Made by a program: the position numbers and the translations under genes | Notes under the pieces: generated by a model | What the model was told of the DNA's origin: nothing | Seen by the model: only the letters and a program-made list of their open reading frames with translations | Database searches by the model: none | In this document: in pieces, positions 49,990 to 58,097 of the stretch | Position numbering within the stretch: position 1 is the stretch's first letter | Layout of the letters: every line of letters begins with the position of its first letter | Assembly: GCA_031413515.1 (NCBI GenBank) | Contig: JANOFF010000048.1 | Span: 9,673 to 73,672 of the forward strand | Origin: a bacterium | GTDB lineage: Bacteria; Myxococcota_A; UBA9160; UBA4427 | Length of the DNA stretch: 64,000 bases | Direction: 5' to 3'

Positions 49990-50181
49990 GCGCTCCGCGC
50001 GCGTCCCCGATCGCCCGCGCGCGGTGACGATTCACGGCCACGCACGCCGAGATTGGGCGCCGACATCCAACCCCAGCGGAATTCGAGATGCGGGACCCGG
50101 CTCGCGGCGACGGATATCTCGTCTGGTGGGTCGGCCACTTGTCGCGACGACTGCCGGCGCGTGAGCGGTCGTCCGTGACTT

Positions 50182-50197
50182 GGGCACGGAGTCTGCA
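50182..50197 (+). promoter_or_regulatory. Sigma-54 (-24/-12) promoter of pilA
   Basis: GGGCACG-GAGT-CTGCA lies 83 nt upstream of ATG 50280. pilA is a classic PilR/sigma-54 target in Pseudomonas, Myxococcus and Geobacter. Confidence 0.65.
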
Positions 50198-50279
50198 CTG
50201 ACCGCCTGCATCCGTTTCAGCCTCGTCGAGGTCCGACACCTGGCAGTCACGGAGGCAATCTACGAGAGAGGCAGACTTT

Positions 50280-50807
50280 ATGCGCAAGATGCTCCGAAAG
50301 GGCGCGAAGGGCTTTACGCTCATCGAGCTCATGATCGTGGTCGCGATCATTGGTATCCTGGCCGCCATCGCAATTCCGAACTTCCTTCGCTTCCAGCTCA
50401 AGTCCAAGAGCGCGGAAGGCAAGGTCAACCTGGCCGCGATCCGAACCGGTGAAGAGTCCTACATGGCCGAGTTCGGCAACTACGTCCCCGCGCTGCCGAC
50501 GCCGGTCGCCGTTCCCGGCCCGCAGAAGGTCGTCTTCAATACCGGTGGCTTCACCGACTTCGGCATCCTGGGATGGGCGCCCGAAGGCAACGTGTTCTTC
50601 CAGTACGCCGTGGTGGTCGGTGGCCCCGGCAACCTGTCGTACACGGCTGATGCCATCGCGGACATCGACGGCGACGCCACGAACCAGGTCTGGGGATACG
50701 TGAAGGCGACGACCCCGGGCAACGGGATCGCCGGTGCGAACTGCGCCGCCACGACCGAGAACACCGTCATTCCGTGTGACGGCGTGTCGGGCCAGTCGGT
50801 CTTCTAA
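50280..50807 (+). CDS. pilA: Type IVa major pilin PilA
   Basis: MRKMLRKGAKG|FTLIELMIVVAIIGILAAIAIPNFLRFQ has a class III leader with G-1/F+1/E+5. The C-terminal Cys pair (C…C, 11 residues apart) forms the D-region. 175 aa. Confidence 0.95.
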   Translation: MRKMLRKGAKGFTLIELMIVVAIIGILAAIAIPNFLRFQLKSKSAEGKVNLAAIRTGEESYMAEFGNYVPALPTPVAVPGPQKVVFNTGGFTDFGILGWAPEGNVFFQYAVVVGGPGNLSYTADAIADIDGDATNQVWGYVKATTPGNGIAGANCAATTENTVIPCDGVSGQSVF

Positions 50808-50831
50808 GAACCGATCGATCCGAACGACTCG

Positions 50832-50870
50832 AGAGGGGTCGGGCTTCGTGCCCGGCCCCTCTTTCGCTTT
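50832..50870 (+). terminator. Rho-independent terminator after pilA
   Basis: AGAGGGGTCGGGC-TTCGT-GCCCGGCCCCTCT is a 13-bp stem with one G-U pair. It is followed by TTCGCTTTCC. Confidence 0.65.
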
Positions 50871-50903
50871 CCGGGCACGTCGGTGGCGGCACGACCGGCG
50901 GCG

Positions 50904-52088
50904 TCAGCCGAACAGCCGCGTCGGCCGGTTGCCCTGTGAGACGAGGCCGAGCACACGACCTTGCACAGCGCCCGTGCAATGCGGCAGATGGTTGATCAGA
51001 CCGAGCAGCGTGTTCCGACCCATCAGGGAAAACGCCATGGCCTCGGCGGCGGCTGCGGGTACACCGTGCGTATCGAACGGTTCGACGGCAACCCCCGGGA
51101 GTTCCGCCCGCAAGCCGTCCATCACTGCTGGGTTCGCGGCCCCGCCCCCGCCGACGAGCAGGCGATCCAGAGCCGCGCTCGATCCGAGTACACGCGGCAC
51201 CAGATCACGGCAGGCCAGTGCCACGGCCCGCGTCGTCAGGGCGACCAGAGTCGCAACCAGATCGTCGTCCGAGCCGCCGGCGCGCAGTGATCGCCAGCGG
51301 GCGATGACCTCGTCGACCCGGCGAGTGCCGTAGCGTTCGCGACCAGTCGACTTCGGCGGACGGCGTCGCAGGTACTCGTCCTCGAGCAATTCGTCGAGGA
51401 AGACAGGGTCGATCCGACCTCGCCTTGCACGAATGCCATCGCGATCCAGGCGCTCGCGACCGCCGCTCGTGCGTTGGACGACGCCGTCGACCAGACTGTT
51501 GGCAGGGCCGACGTCGAAGGCGACGACGCCGTCCGGGTCTTCGTCGGCGGGCAGCCAGGTGAGATTCGCAATGCCGCCGAGATTCAACACGCCGCGGGTC
51601 TCACCCGCGACGGAGAAGGCAGCGCGATGGAAGAAGGGGGCGAGCGGTGCCCCCTCTCCGCCGGCCGCCATGTCGCGAGGTCGGAAGTCCGCGACGACCG
51701 GCAGACCCGTGCGCTCGGCGATCAGCGAGGCAGAGCCGATCTGCAGCGTTCCCCGGTGTTCGGGATGGTGGGCGATCGTCTGGCCGTGGGAGGCCACGGC
51801 TGCGATCCGCGACAGCTCGACACCGGCGTGTCGAGCCACCCTGAGTGCCGCCGCAGCAAAGTGCTCGGCGAGTTCGACGTCGAGGGCAACCAGCTCGGGG
51901 AGAACTTCCGCGGGTGCAAGCGCGGCGGCGGCCAGACGGTGGATCCGGCTCTGCATCTCCCCGGGGAAGGGTGTCTCTTCGTAGGCGAGCAGCTGAAAGG
52001 GCCGGGCGGACGGGCCATCGGGCCACTCCACCAAGGCCGCGTCGACGCCATCGGCCGACGTCCCCGACATCAACCCGATCACCCGCAT
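50904..52088 (-). CDS. anmK: Anhydro-N-acetylmuramic acid kinase
   Basis: MRVIGLMSGTSADGVDAALVEW…NLGGIANLT… is canonical AnmK (394 aa). Confidence 0.95.
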   Translation of the reverse strand: MRVIGLMSGTSADGVDAALVEWPDGPSARPFQLLAYEETPFPGEMQSRIHRLAAAALAPAEVLPELVALDVELAEHFAAAALRVARHAGVELSRIAAVASHGQTIAHHPEHRGTLQIGSASLIAERTGLPVVADFRPRDMAAGGEGAPLAPFFHRAAFSVAGETRGVLNLGGIANLTWLPADEDPDGVVAFDVGPANSLVDGVVQRTSGGRERLDRDGIRARRGRIDPVFLDELLEDEYLRRRPPKSTGRERYGTRRVDEVIARWRSLRAGGSDDDLVATLVALTTRAVALACRDLVPRVLGSSAALDRLLVGGGGAANPAVMDGLRAELPGVAVEPFDTHGVPAAAAEAMAFSLMGRNTLLGLINHLPHCTGAVQGRVLGLVSQGNRPTRLFG

Positions 52089-52370
52089 GGCCGGATCTTA
52101 GGCCGTCTCCCGCCGCACGGCGCCGCTCCGATCGGTCGCTTGGCGTCGAGGGGCGCGGTTGACAGCGAGGTCAGATCGCGGAGACTTGGCGCGTTCGTCA
52201 CTCTGCAGCTCGCCCCGGCCGTCCCAAGCCGCCGCAGACCGAGCAGGCCGGCGTGAGAGTACCTTGCCTTCGCGGGGTGCGAGCGCGAACGGTGCTCGGT
52301 CACGGCAGGCAACGTCGGTACGAGTCGCGAACGCTTCCCCTCACAATCTCACTTCCGGAGCACAGCGACC

Positions 52371-52634
52371 ATGAACGACGCGTCGCGCACCCAGGGCTGG
52401 GTGATCTGCATCGGCTCAGCCCTGCTCGCCTTCTTCTTCCTCATCGGGATCCTGAACGGAAGCTACTGGGCGCTCGCGCTGCCGGTGGCGGCCCTGACGT
52501 TCTTCGTGCTCGGGCTGGCTGGATGGGTGGGCTACACGATCGCCACCATCCAGGTCGACCCGGATCCGGCGCCGCAGGTGTTGTCGACGGATGCCCGGGA
52601 CGACGCCCAACACTCCGCGCGCGAATCCGCCTGA
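52371..52634 (+). CDS. Small 2-TM membrane protein preceding the glycosyltransferase cluster
   Basis: 87 aa. MNDASRTQGWVICIGSALLAFFFLIGILNGSYWALALPVAALTFFVLGLAGWVGYTIATI contains two clear TM helices. It ends 10 nt before the GT4 start. No family recognised. Confidence 0.5.
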   Translation: MNDASRTQGWVICIGSALLAFFFLIGILNGSYWALALPVAALTFFVLGLAGWVGYTIATIQVDPDPAPQVLSTDARDDAQHSARESA

Positions 52635-52644
52635 GCGAGCGCGC

Positions 52645-53904
52645 ATGCGAATCGCCCTCCTCACCTATCGCGGCAACATGTTCTGCGGCGGTCAGGGCAT
52701 CTATGCCTCCTACCTGGCGCGCGAATGGCAGAAGGCCGGCCACGACGTGCACGTCTTCGCCGGGCCGCCACTGCCGGATCTCGCGCCGGGAATTCCGCTG
52801 CACGAGATCCCGAACGACAACGTATTCGGGGCCGAGATCGGAGCGGCCTTCGACCCCGAGCGTCCGTTCTCGCTGCTGAAACCGATGAGCTTGTGGGAAC
52901 TCGGCGTGTCGCGGCTGGGCGTGTTCCCCGAGATGCAGACGTTCGGGATCCGCCTGATGCGTCGCTGGCGGGCCTACCAGGAGCGGTACAAGTTCGACGT
53001 CGTGTTCGACAATCAGTGCCTGTCCTGGGGCCTGCTCGGGATCCGCGCGATGGGAACACCGGTCGTCTCGGTGATCCATCACCCGCTGCACATCGACCGC
53101 GAGGCCGACTACGCGATCGATCCCCGCCTGATCAAGAAGATCAAGCGCACGTTGTATTTCCCGCTCTTCATGCAGCAGCAGGTGGCTCCACGCCTCGATC
53201 GGATCGTGACAGTCAGCCACGCCTCGGCCGCCGAGATCGAGCGATACTTCGGGATTCCGCGCAAGGACGTGCCCGTCGTCTACAACGGCACGGACAGCGA
53301 TCTCTTCCGCCCGGTGCCCGGCGTGCAGAAGGAAACCGACATGCTGTTCGTCGGTCGCACGGAGGATCGCAAGAAGGGGATCGGCACGATGCTCGAGGCG
53401 CTTTCGCTGCTGCCGGAGCACGTCACGCTCAAGATCGTCGATGGGCGGATCCCCAAGGACGGTCTGGTGCCCCGCCTGATCCAGAAACATCGCCTGCAGG
53501 GCCGCGTGAAGATCGTCGACCGCATGCTGACGGTTCCGGAACTCGTCGAGCAGTATTCGACTGCGCGCGTCGCGATCGTACCTTCGTTCTTCGAGGGATT
53601 CGGCTTCCCCGCCAGCGAGGCCATGTCCTGTGGGCTCGCGGTGATCGCCAATGCGGCCGGTGCATTGCCCGAAGTCGTCGGAACCGACGGGCACGCAGGA
53701 CTGCTCGTCCCGCAGCGAGATCCCCGGGCGATGGCCGATGCCATGGTCGACGTGCTCTCCGATCCCGAGAAGACCGATCGCATGGGCCGGGCCGCGCGCG
53801 CGCGAATCCAGCGCGTCTTTCAATGGAGCGAGGCCGCGTCGGGTCTCGTGGACGTCTTCGAGGACACGCTGCGTGCTGCTCACCGTCGATCTCGAGCGGC
53901 TTGA
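52645..53904 (+). CDS. Glycosyltransferase family 4 (GT-B), paralog 1
   Basis: Trimmed to ATG 52645 (MRIALLTYRGNMFCGGQGIYASYLAREW…). The C-terminal EX7E-type region is VPSFFEGFGFPASEAMSCGLAVIA. Confidence 0.9.
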   Translation: MRIALLTYRGNMFCGGQGIYASYLAREWQKAGHDVHVFAGPPLPDLAPGIPLHEIPNDNVFGAEIGAAFDPERPFSLLKPMSLWELGVSRLGVFPEMQTFGIRLMRRWRAYQERYKFDVVFDNQCLSWGLLGIRAMGTPVVSVIHHPLHIDREADYAIDPRLIKKIKRTLYFPLFMQQQVAPRLDRIVTVSHASAAEIERYFGIPRKDVPVVYNGTDSDLFRPVPGVQKETDMLFVGRTEDRKKGIGTMLEALSLLPEHVTLKIVDGRIPKDGLVPRLIQKHRLQGRVKIVDRMLTVPELVEQYSTARVAIVPSFFEGFGFPASEAMSCGLAVIANAAGALPEVVGTDGHAGLLVPQRDPRAMADAMVDVLSDPEKTDRMGRAARARIQRVFQWSEAASGLVDVFEDTLRAAHRRSRAA

Positions 53905-54598
53905 CGTCCGCAGCAGCGACCTGGTCCTCGACGCCGGCTGCGGAGAGGGCCGTCACTGCTTCGGTTGTCTCGAGCGCGGCGCACGCGTGGTCGGGCTGGA
54001 TCTGGACTTCGATTCGCTGAGGCTGTCGTCGATCCGGCTGCGAGACCGCGCTCGTGAACGGGGCGGCTTCGGGGCGATGCTGCAGGGCAACGCATTCGCC
54101 CTGCCCTTCGCGGACGGCACCTTCGATCGCGTGATCTGCTCCGAAGTGATGGAGCACGTGCACGACTACGTGGCGGCGGCGCGCGAACTCGCCCGTGTGA
54201 CTCGACCCGGAGGCCGGCTCGCGATCACGATCCCGACAGCGACCAGCGAGAATCTCTATCTGCGCCTCGGCGACGAGTACTTCGAAAGCCCGGGTGGCCA
54301 CATCCGGATCTTCCGACCGCGCCAGCTCGCCCTTGGCCTCGCGCAGGCGGGCCTTTCCACCGTGGGCGTGGGATTCGCGCACGGATTCCACACGCCCTAC
54401 TGGGTGCTGCGCTCGGTGATGCGTCTGCCCGACGCCGACCAGAGCCGTCTCGTCCGGCTTTATCGCAAGTTCCTTCTGCACGCGACGACGTCGCCGCTGA
54501 TGGATGCCGTCGAGAAGCGCATCCTCGACTTCATCTGCCCGAAGAGCCTGATCCTCTACGCCGAGAAGCCGGAATCCCGGATCCGCGCCGCTGCCTGA
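53873..54598 (+). CDS. Class I SAM-dependent methyltransferase
   Basis: Trimmed to GTG 53873 (VLLTVDLERLDV…). SAM motif I is VLDAGCGEGRH. The Methyltransf_11-like core is …FADGTFDRVICSEVMEHV…. It overlaps GT4 paralog 1 by 32 nt and ends 1 nt before paralog 2. Confidence 0.8.
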   Translation: MLLTVDLERLDVRSSDLVLDAGCGEGRHCFGCLERGARVVGLDLDFDSLRLSSIRLRDRARERGGFGAMLQGNAFALPFADGTFDRVICSEVMEHVHDYVAAARELARVTRPGGRLAITIPTATSENLYLRLGDEYFESPGGHIRIFRPRQLALGLAQAGLSTVGVGFAHGFHTPYWVLRSVMRLPDADQSRLVRLYRKFLLHATTSPLMDAVEKRILDFICPKSLILYAEKPESRIRAAA

Positions 54599-54599
54599 G

Positions 54600-55907
54600 A
54601 TGAGTCGACCGCTTCGCGTCTGCTTCGTCGCCTATCGCGGCAACATGAATTGCGGTGGCCAGGGCATCTACCTGTGGTTCCTGGCCCGCGAACTCACACG
54701 CCTCGGCGTGGAGGTCGACGTGCTGGTAGGTCCGCCGTACCCGGATCCGATGCCGTTCGCCCGGCTGGTCGAGCGCCTGCCCAATCTGCAGTTGTGGGGG
54801 CGCTGGTTCACCCGCGACTGGGCGGGGATGCTGACGGGACATCCGCCGCTGACCGTGCTCTCGCCCCTGCACTTCTACGAGTTGATGGCCAGTCGCCACG
54901 GATTCCTGCCGGAGCCGTTTGCGTTCAGCGTCCGGGCGTTCCGCAGCCTTGCCCGGCGACTCGGGCAGGGCGAACGATTCGATCTCGTGCACGACGTGCA
55001 GTGTCTCGGCTGGGGACTGCTCGCCCTGCAGCGGATGGGACTGCCGGTCGTGTCGACCATCCATCATCCGCTGACGGTCGATCGCCGGACTTCGTTCCTG
55101 CGCGATCAGTCGATCCGGGAACTCATCGGAACGATGAAGTTCTATCCGATCGGCATGCAGTCCCGCGTGGCCCGCCGACTCGATCGCATCTTCACCTCCT
55201 CGGAGGAGAGCGCCCGGACGATCGTTCGCGACTTCGGGGTGTCTCCCGATCGCATTCGCAACGTGCTGAATGGCATCGACACGGAACTCTATTGCCCGGA
55301 CCCGGGTGCACAGCGCAACGAGGGCGAAGTCCTGTGCGTCGGCCGCGCCTCCGATCCCAACAAGGGCATCCGGACACTGATCCGCGCGCTGGCGCGACTG
55401 CCACGGAACTACCGGCTGACCCTGGTCGACGACGACCACCCGGGCAACAGCGTATTCACCTGGGCAAGCGAGAACGGAGTCCTCGACCGGCTGCAGGTGA
55501 CGGGACGTCTGGCGAGCGACGAACTCGTAAAACGCTACCGACGGGCCAGTCTGGTCGTCGTTCCGTCGCGCTACGAGGGTTTCGGGCTACCGGCCGTCGA
55601 GGCCATGGCGTGCGGCACGCCGGTCGTCGCCAGTCGGGCTGGCGCACTGCCCGAAGTGATCGGCTTGACCCGTGGTGGAGTGCTCGTCGACACCGACTCG
55701 CCCGAGGCCCTGGCGGATGGCATCGAACGATTGCTCGGCGATCCCGGCCAGCGACGCGTGCTCGCGACACAGGGTCGGGCTCGGGTCGTCGAACACCTCT
55801 CGTGGCGACGGGTCGCGCTGGCGACCGCCGAAGGCTACGCGGAGGTGCTCTCGGAACGACGCGGGCGACCCACCAGGACGATCACATCGGAGAGTGCCGG
55901 CCACTGA
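54600..55907 (+). CDS. Glycosyltransferase family 4 (GT-B), paralog 2
   Basis: MSRPLRVCFVAYRGNMNCGGQGIYLWFLAREL…VPSRYEGFGLPAVEAMACGTPVVA is collinear with paralog 1 along its full length. Confidence 0.9.
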   Translation: MSRPLRVCFVAYRGNMNCGGQGIYLWFLARELTRLGVEVDVLVGPPYPDPMPFARLVERLPNLQLWGRWFTRDWAGMLTGHPPLTVLSPLHFYELMASRHGFLPEPFAFSVRAFRSLARRLGQGERFDLVHDVQCLGWGLLALQRMGLPVVSTIHHPLTVDRRTSFLRDQSIRELIGTMKFYPIGMQSRVARRLDRIFTSSEESARTIVRDFGVSPDRIRNVLNGIDTELYCPDPGAQRNEGEVLCVGRASDPNKGIRTLIRALARLPRNYRLTLVDDDHPGNSVFTWASENGVLDRLQVTGRLASDELVKRYRRASLVVVPSRYEGFGLPAVEAMACGTPVVASRAGALPEVIGLTRGGVLVDTDSPEALADGIERLLGDPGQRRVLATQGRARVVEHLSWRRVALATAEGYAEVLSERRGRPTRTITSESAGH

Positions 55908-56629
55908 CGGCCGATGCGATCCATGGCGACCAAGGCGAGACGCGCCAGCGGTCGCGGAAGCCTCGCCGTGAACTTCGACCAGCCAGGCATTCCCCAGCCG
56001 AGCGAGATGCCGTCGACGTGCTCGATGACCAGACTGGCCTCCGCCTGCTCTCGGATCAGTTCGGGGTCGTAGCGGGTGAAGTGGTCGCTCGGCGCGTCGT
56101 AGCCACGGCGTCGACGGATCGGCGGCCAGCCGAGCCAGTCCTCGCGGAACGCGTCGAGGGCGCGACCGATCCGGCAGGCGAGAGAGTCGAAGTTCGCGAT
56201 TGCGAGCACCACGCGCCCGTCGCACCGGGTCACCCGCGCCATCTCGGCGATCGCCCGATCCGGGGCGTCGAAGTGGTCCATCGCGCCCTTGCAGAAGGTG
56301 GAATCGAAGCTGCCAGTCGCGAACGGCAGGCGGTCCGACCAGCTCCGGATGAAGCCTGGCATGGGTCCCGATTTTTCGGCGGCGAACAGACGCGCCATCC
56401 CGATCATCCGACTCGACGGCTCGGCACCGATCACCTGGGCGCCGCTGGCCGCGAGCGCGATCGAGTCCTGGCCGACCCCGCTCGCCACGTCGAGGACGCG
56501 GTGACCGGGCCCTGCTTCCGTGCGATCCAGCGTCACCCGGGTCATCCGATCGAACAGAAACTCGCTGTCGGGCGTCATTCCAGTCGGAATGACGTCGCTC
56601 ATGTCCCGATCGAGGTCGACGACGCGCAT
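55835..56629 (-). CDS. Class I SAM-dependent methyltransferase (second, convergent)
   Basis: Trimmed to ATG 56629. Motif I is VLDVASGVGQD. Other core regions are …FATGSFDSTFCKGAMDHF… and …GRVVLAIANF…. Its 3' end overlaps the GT4 paralog 2 3' end by 73 nt. Confidence 0.8.
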   Translation of the reverse strand: MRVVDLDRDMSDVIPTGMTPDSEFLFDRMTRVTLDRTEAGPGHRVLDVASGVGQDSIALAASGAQVIGAEPSSRMIGMARLFAAEKSGPMPGFIRSWSDRLPFATGSFDSTFCKGAMDHFDAPDRAIAEMARVTRCDGRVVLAIANFDSLACRIGRALDAFREDWLGWPPIRRRRGYDAPSDHFTRYDPELIREQAEASLVIEHVDGISLGWGMPGWSKFTARLPRPLARLALVAMDRIGRQWPALSDVIVLVGRPRRSESTSA

Positions 56630-56769
56630 AGCTGCCGACGTTAGCCGTTCATGGACTGCCTGTCGGCGATCCGGTGTGTGACATCTGCCTTGCGAATCCA
56701 CTCACCGCGAAGCAGCGGTGATCCGACGCGACTTGGAGGCACGGCCGATCGCGTTATCCTGAGGGGCCG

Positions 56770-58050
56770 ATGACCGAGGCAAACGAACTCGATCCGGATG
56801 CCACGTGGTTCGGACGCTCCCTCCGCACCGCCGGAAATGCCGCGCGAGACCGGATCCTGTCCTTCGGGCTCGTCTACATCGCGATCTTCGCGTTTCTGGT
56901 CCTGTACATCTTCACCATCCGCTGGGTCGAGTACGCGCTCGATCTGCACTTCCAGGCCCTGGCCGACGAGGCCGTCAGCATCAGGAGCCTCGATCAGCCG
57001 ATCGCGAGCCAGATCCAGGCGCGTATGCGCGAATCGATCGAGGAGTCGCCGTGGGTGCTGTATGGCGGCGTCAAGGCGACCAGCCTCGTCCTGGGCAGTG
57101 ACGGCATCACCTGGATCTACGTGCAGGGACGGATCGTTCCGCAGCCCGAAGGTCTCGATCCGACCGACGTGCTCCGCCAGGCGGTGGATCTGCTGCCCGC
57201 GAACGCCAACGTCAACGTCTCCGTGCCCCACAATGCGTTGCTCGCGAATGCGATCCTGATCGTCTACGCCGCCGTTCTGATCTGGGGTCTGTACGCCTAC
57301 AACCGGGCCAATCAGCGCCGACACGAACAGGAACTCGACCAGGCGCTGCAGGGCCGCGACGCAGCGGCCCATCGGGCGGCCGAAATCGAAGGCGAACTCG
57401 AGCGGACGCGACAGCGTCTTTCCGAGGTCGAGCCCGCCGAGCAGATCTTCAGCGAGGAGATCGCGGATCTGCAATCCGAGCGACGCAGCCTGCAGCAGAA
57501 ACTCGCCGGCCTCGCCGCTCGCGAAGAGGAACTGCGGGGCAAGGCCGCCCAGGCCCTCGAGTTGTCACAGGAGGTGCGCGCCCTCGAGGACCTGCTCGAA
57601 GAGGCCGCCGGAGACCTCGCCAGCAAGGACGAAGCGATCCGCGGACTCGAAACGAGCCTCAAGAAGGCTGGCAGTGCGCCGACCGAGCGTGCCCGGGAGA
57701 AGGGCGCCGACAGCCTCGCGCGCAGATTGAGAACCCTCTACCGGACTCTCGAGATCGACGACCGGGCGATCGACGATCTCGTGGAGCTTCGCAACGACGC
57801 GAACCAGCTAAAGGCCGAAGAGCAGTTGAAGCGACTCGCCGACGAAGCCGACAACGTCGCCGTGCGACGCAAGGTCGGCGGGCTGCCCGGTCATCTCACC
57901 ATCTTCGAGCTGGGTTTCGCGGGCAAGGGACGCATCTACTACACGCGCGGAAAAGTGCGTCGCTTCCGGATCCTTGCGATCGGTGCCAAGAACAGTCAGG
58001 AATCGGATCTCGACTACCTGCGGCAGCTCGGCCGCGACGAGATGGCCTGA
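56770..58050 (+). CDS. Membrane-anchored coiled-coil protein with a RelE/ParE-like C-terminal domain
   Basis: 426 aa with two TM helices (ILSFGLVYIAIFAFLVLYIF; ANAILIVYAAVLIWGLYAY) flanking a loop of ~100 aa. A Glu/Leu/Arg coiled coil of ~150 aa follows. The C-terminus then reads LEIDDRAIDDLVEL…LKRLADEADN…LPGHLTIFELGFAGKGRIYYTRGKVRRFRILAIGAKNSQE. That resembles the RelE/ParE toxin fold pattern (…G.YRiiY….v.vl.IghR…). Confidence 0.6.
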   Translation: MTEANELDPDATWFGRSLRTAGNAARDRILSFGLVYIAIFAFLVLYIFTIRWVEYALDLHFQALADEAVSIRSLDQPIASQIQARMRESIEESPWVLYGGVKATSLVLGSDGITWIYVQGRIVPQPEGLDPTDVLRQAVDLLPANANVNVSVPHNALLANAILIVYAAVLIWGLYAYNRANQRRHEQELDQALQGRDAAAHRAAEIEGELERTRQRLSEVEPAEQIFSEEIADLQSERRSLQQKLAGLAAREEELRGKAAQALELSQEVRALEDLLEEAAGDLASKDEAIRGLETSLKKAGSAPTERAREKGADSLARRLRTLYRTLEIDDRAIDDLVELRNDANQLKAEEQLKRLADEADNVAVRRKVGGLPGHLTIFELGFAGKGRIYYTRGKVRRFRILAIGAKNSQESDLDYLRQLGRDEMA

Positions 58051-58097
58051 TCCGGGGCCACGCACGCTCGCGCAACGAGTTCCGTCCGCCCGTTCCG

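Noticed and set aside
52159-52164. A perfect TTGACA -35 hexamer upstream of the small membrane protein and GT4 cluster.
   Set aside because: No acceptable -10 hexamer lies 16-18 nt downstream (AGACTT/GAGACT). A lone hexamer is not enough evidence.
56738-56753. GGCACG-GCCGA-TCGC upstream of the membrane/coiled-coil gene, and a similar GGCACG-AGCG-CTTGA at 45757-45772 upstream of the SpmA/B-like gene.
   Set aside because: In both, the GC dinucleotide of the -12 element is displaced by one position relative to GG-N10-GC. I cannot distinguish them from chance GGCACG occurrences in a GC-rich genome without a scored PWM.
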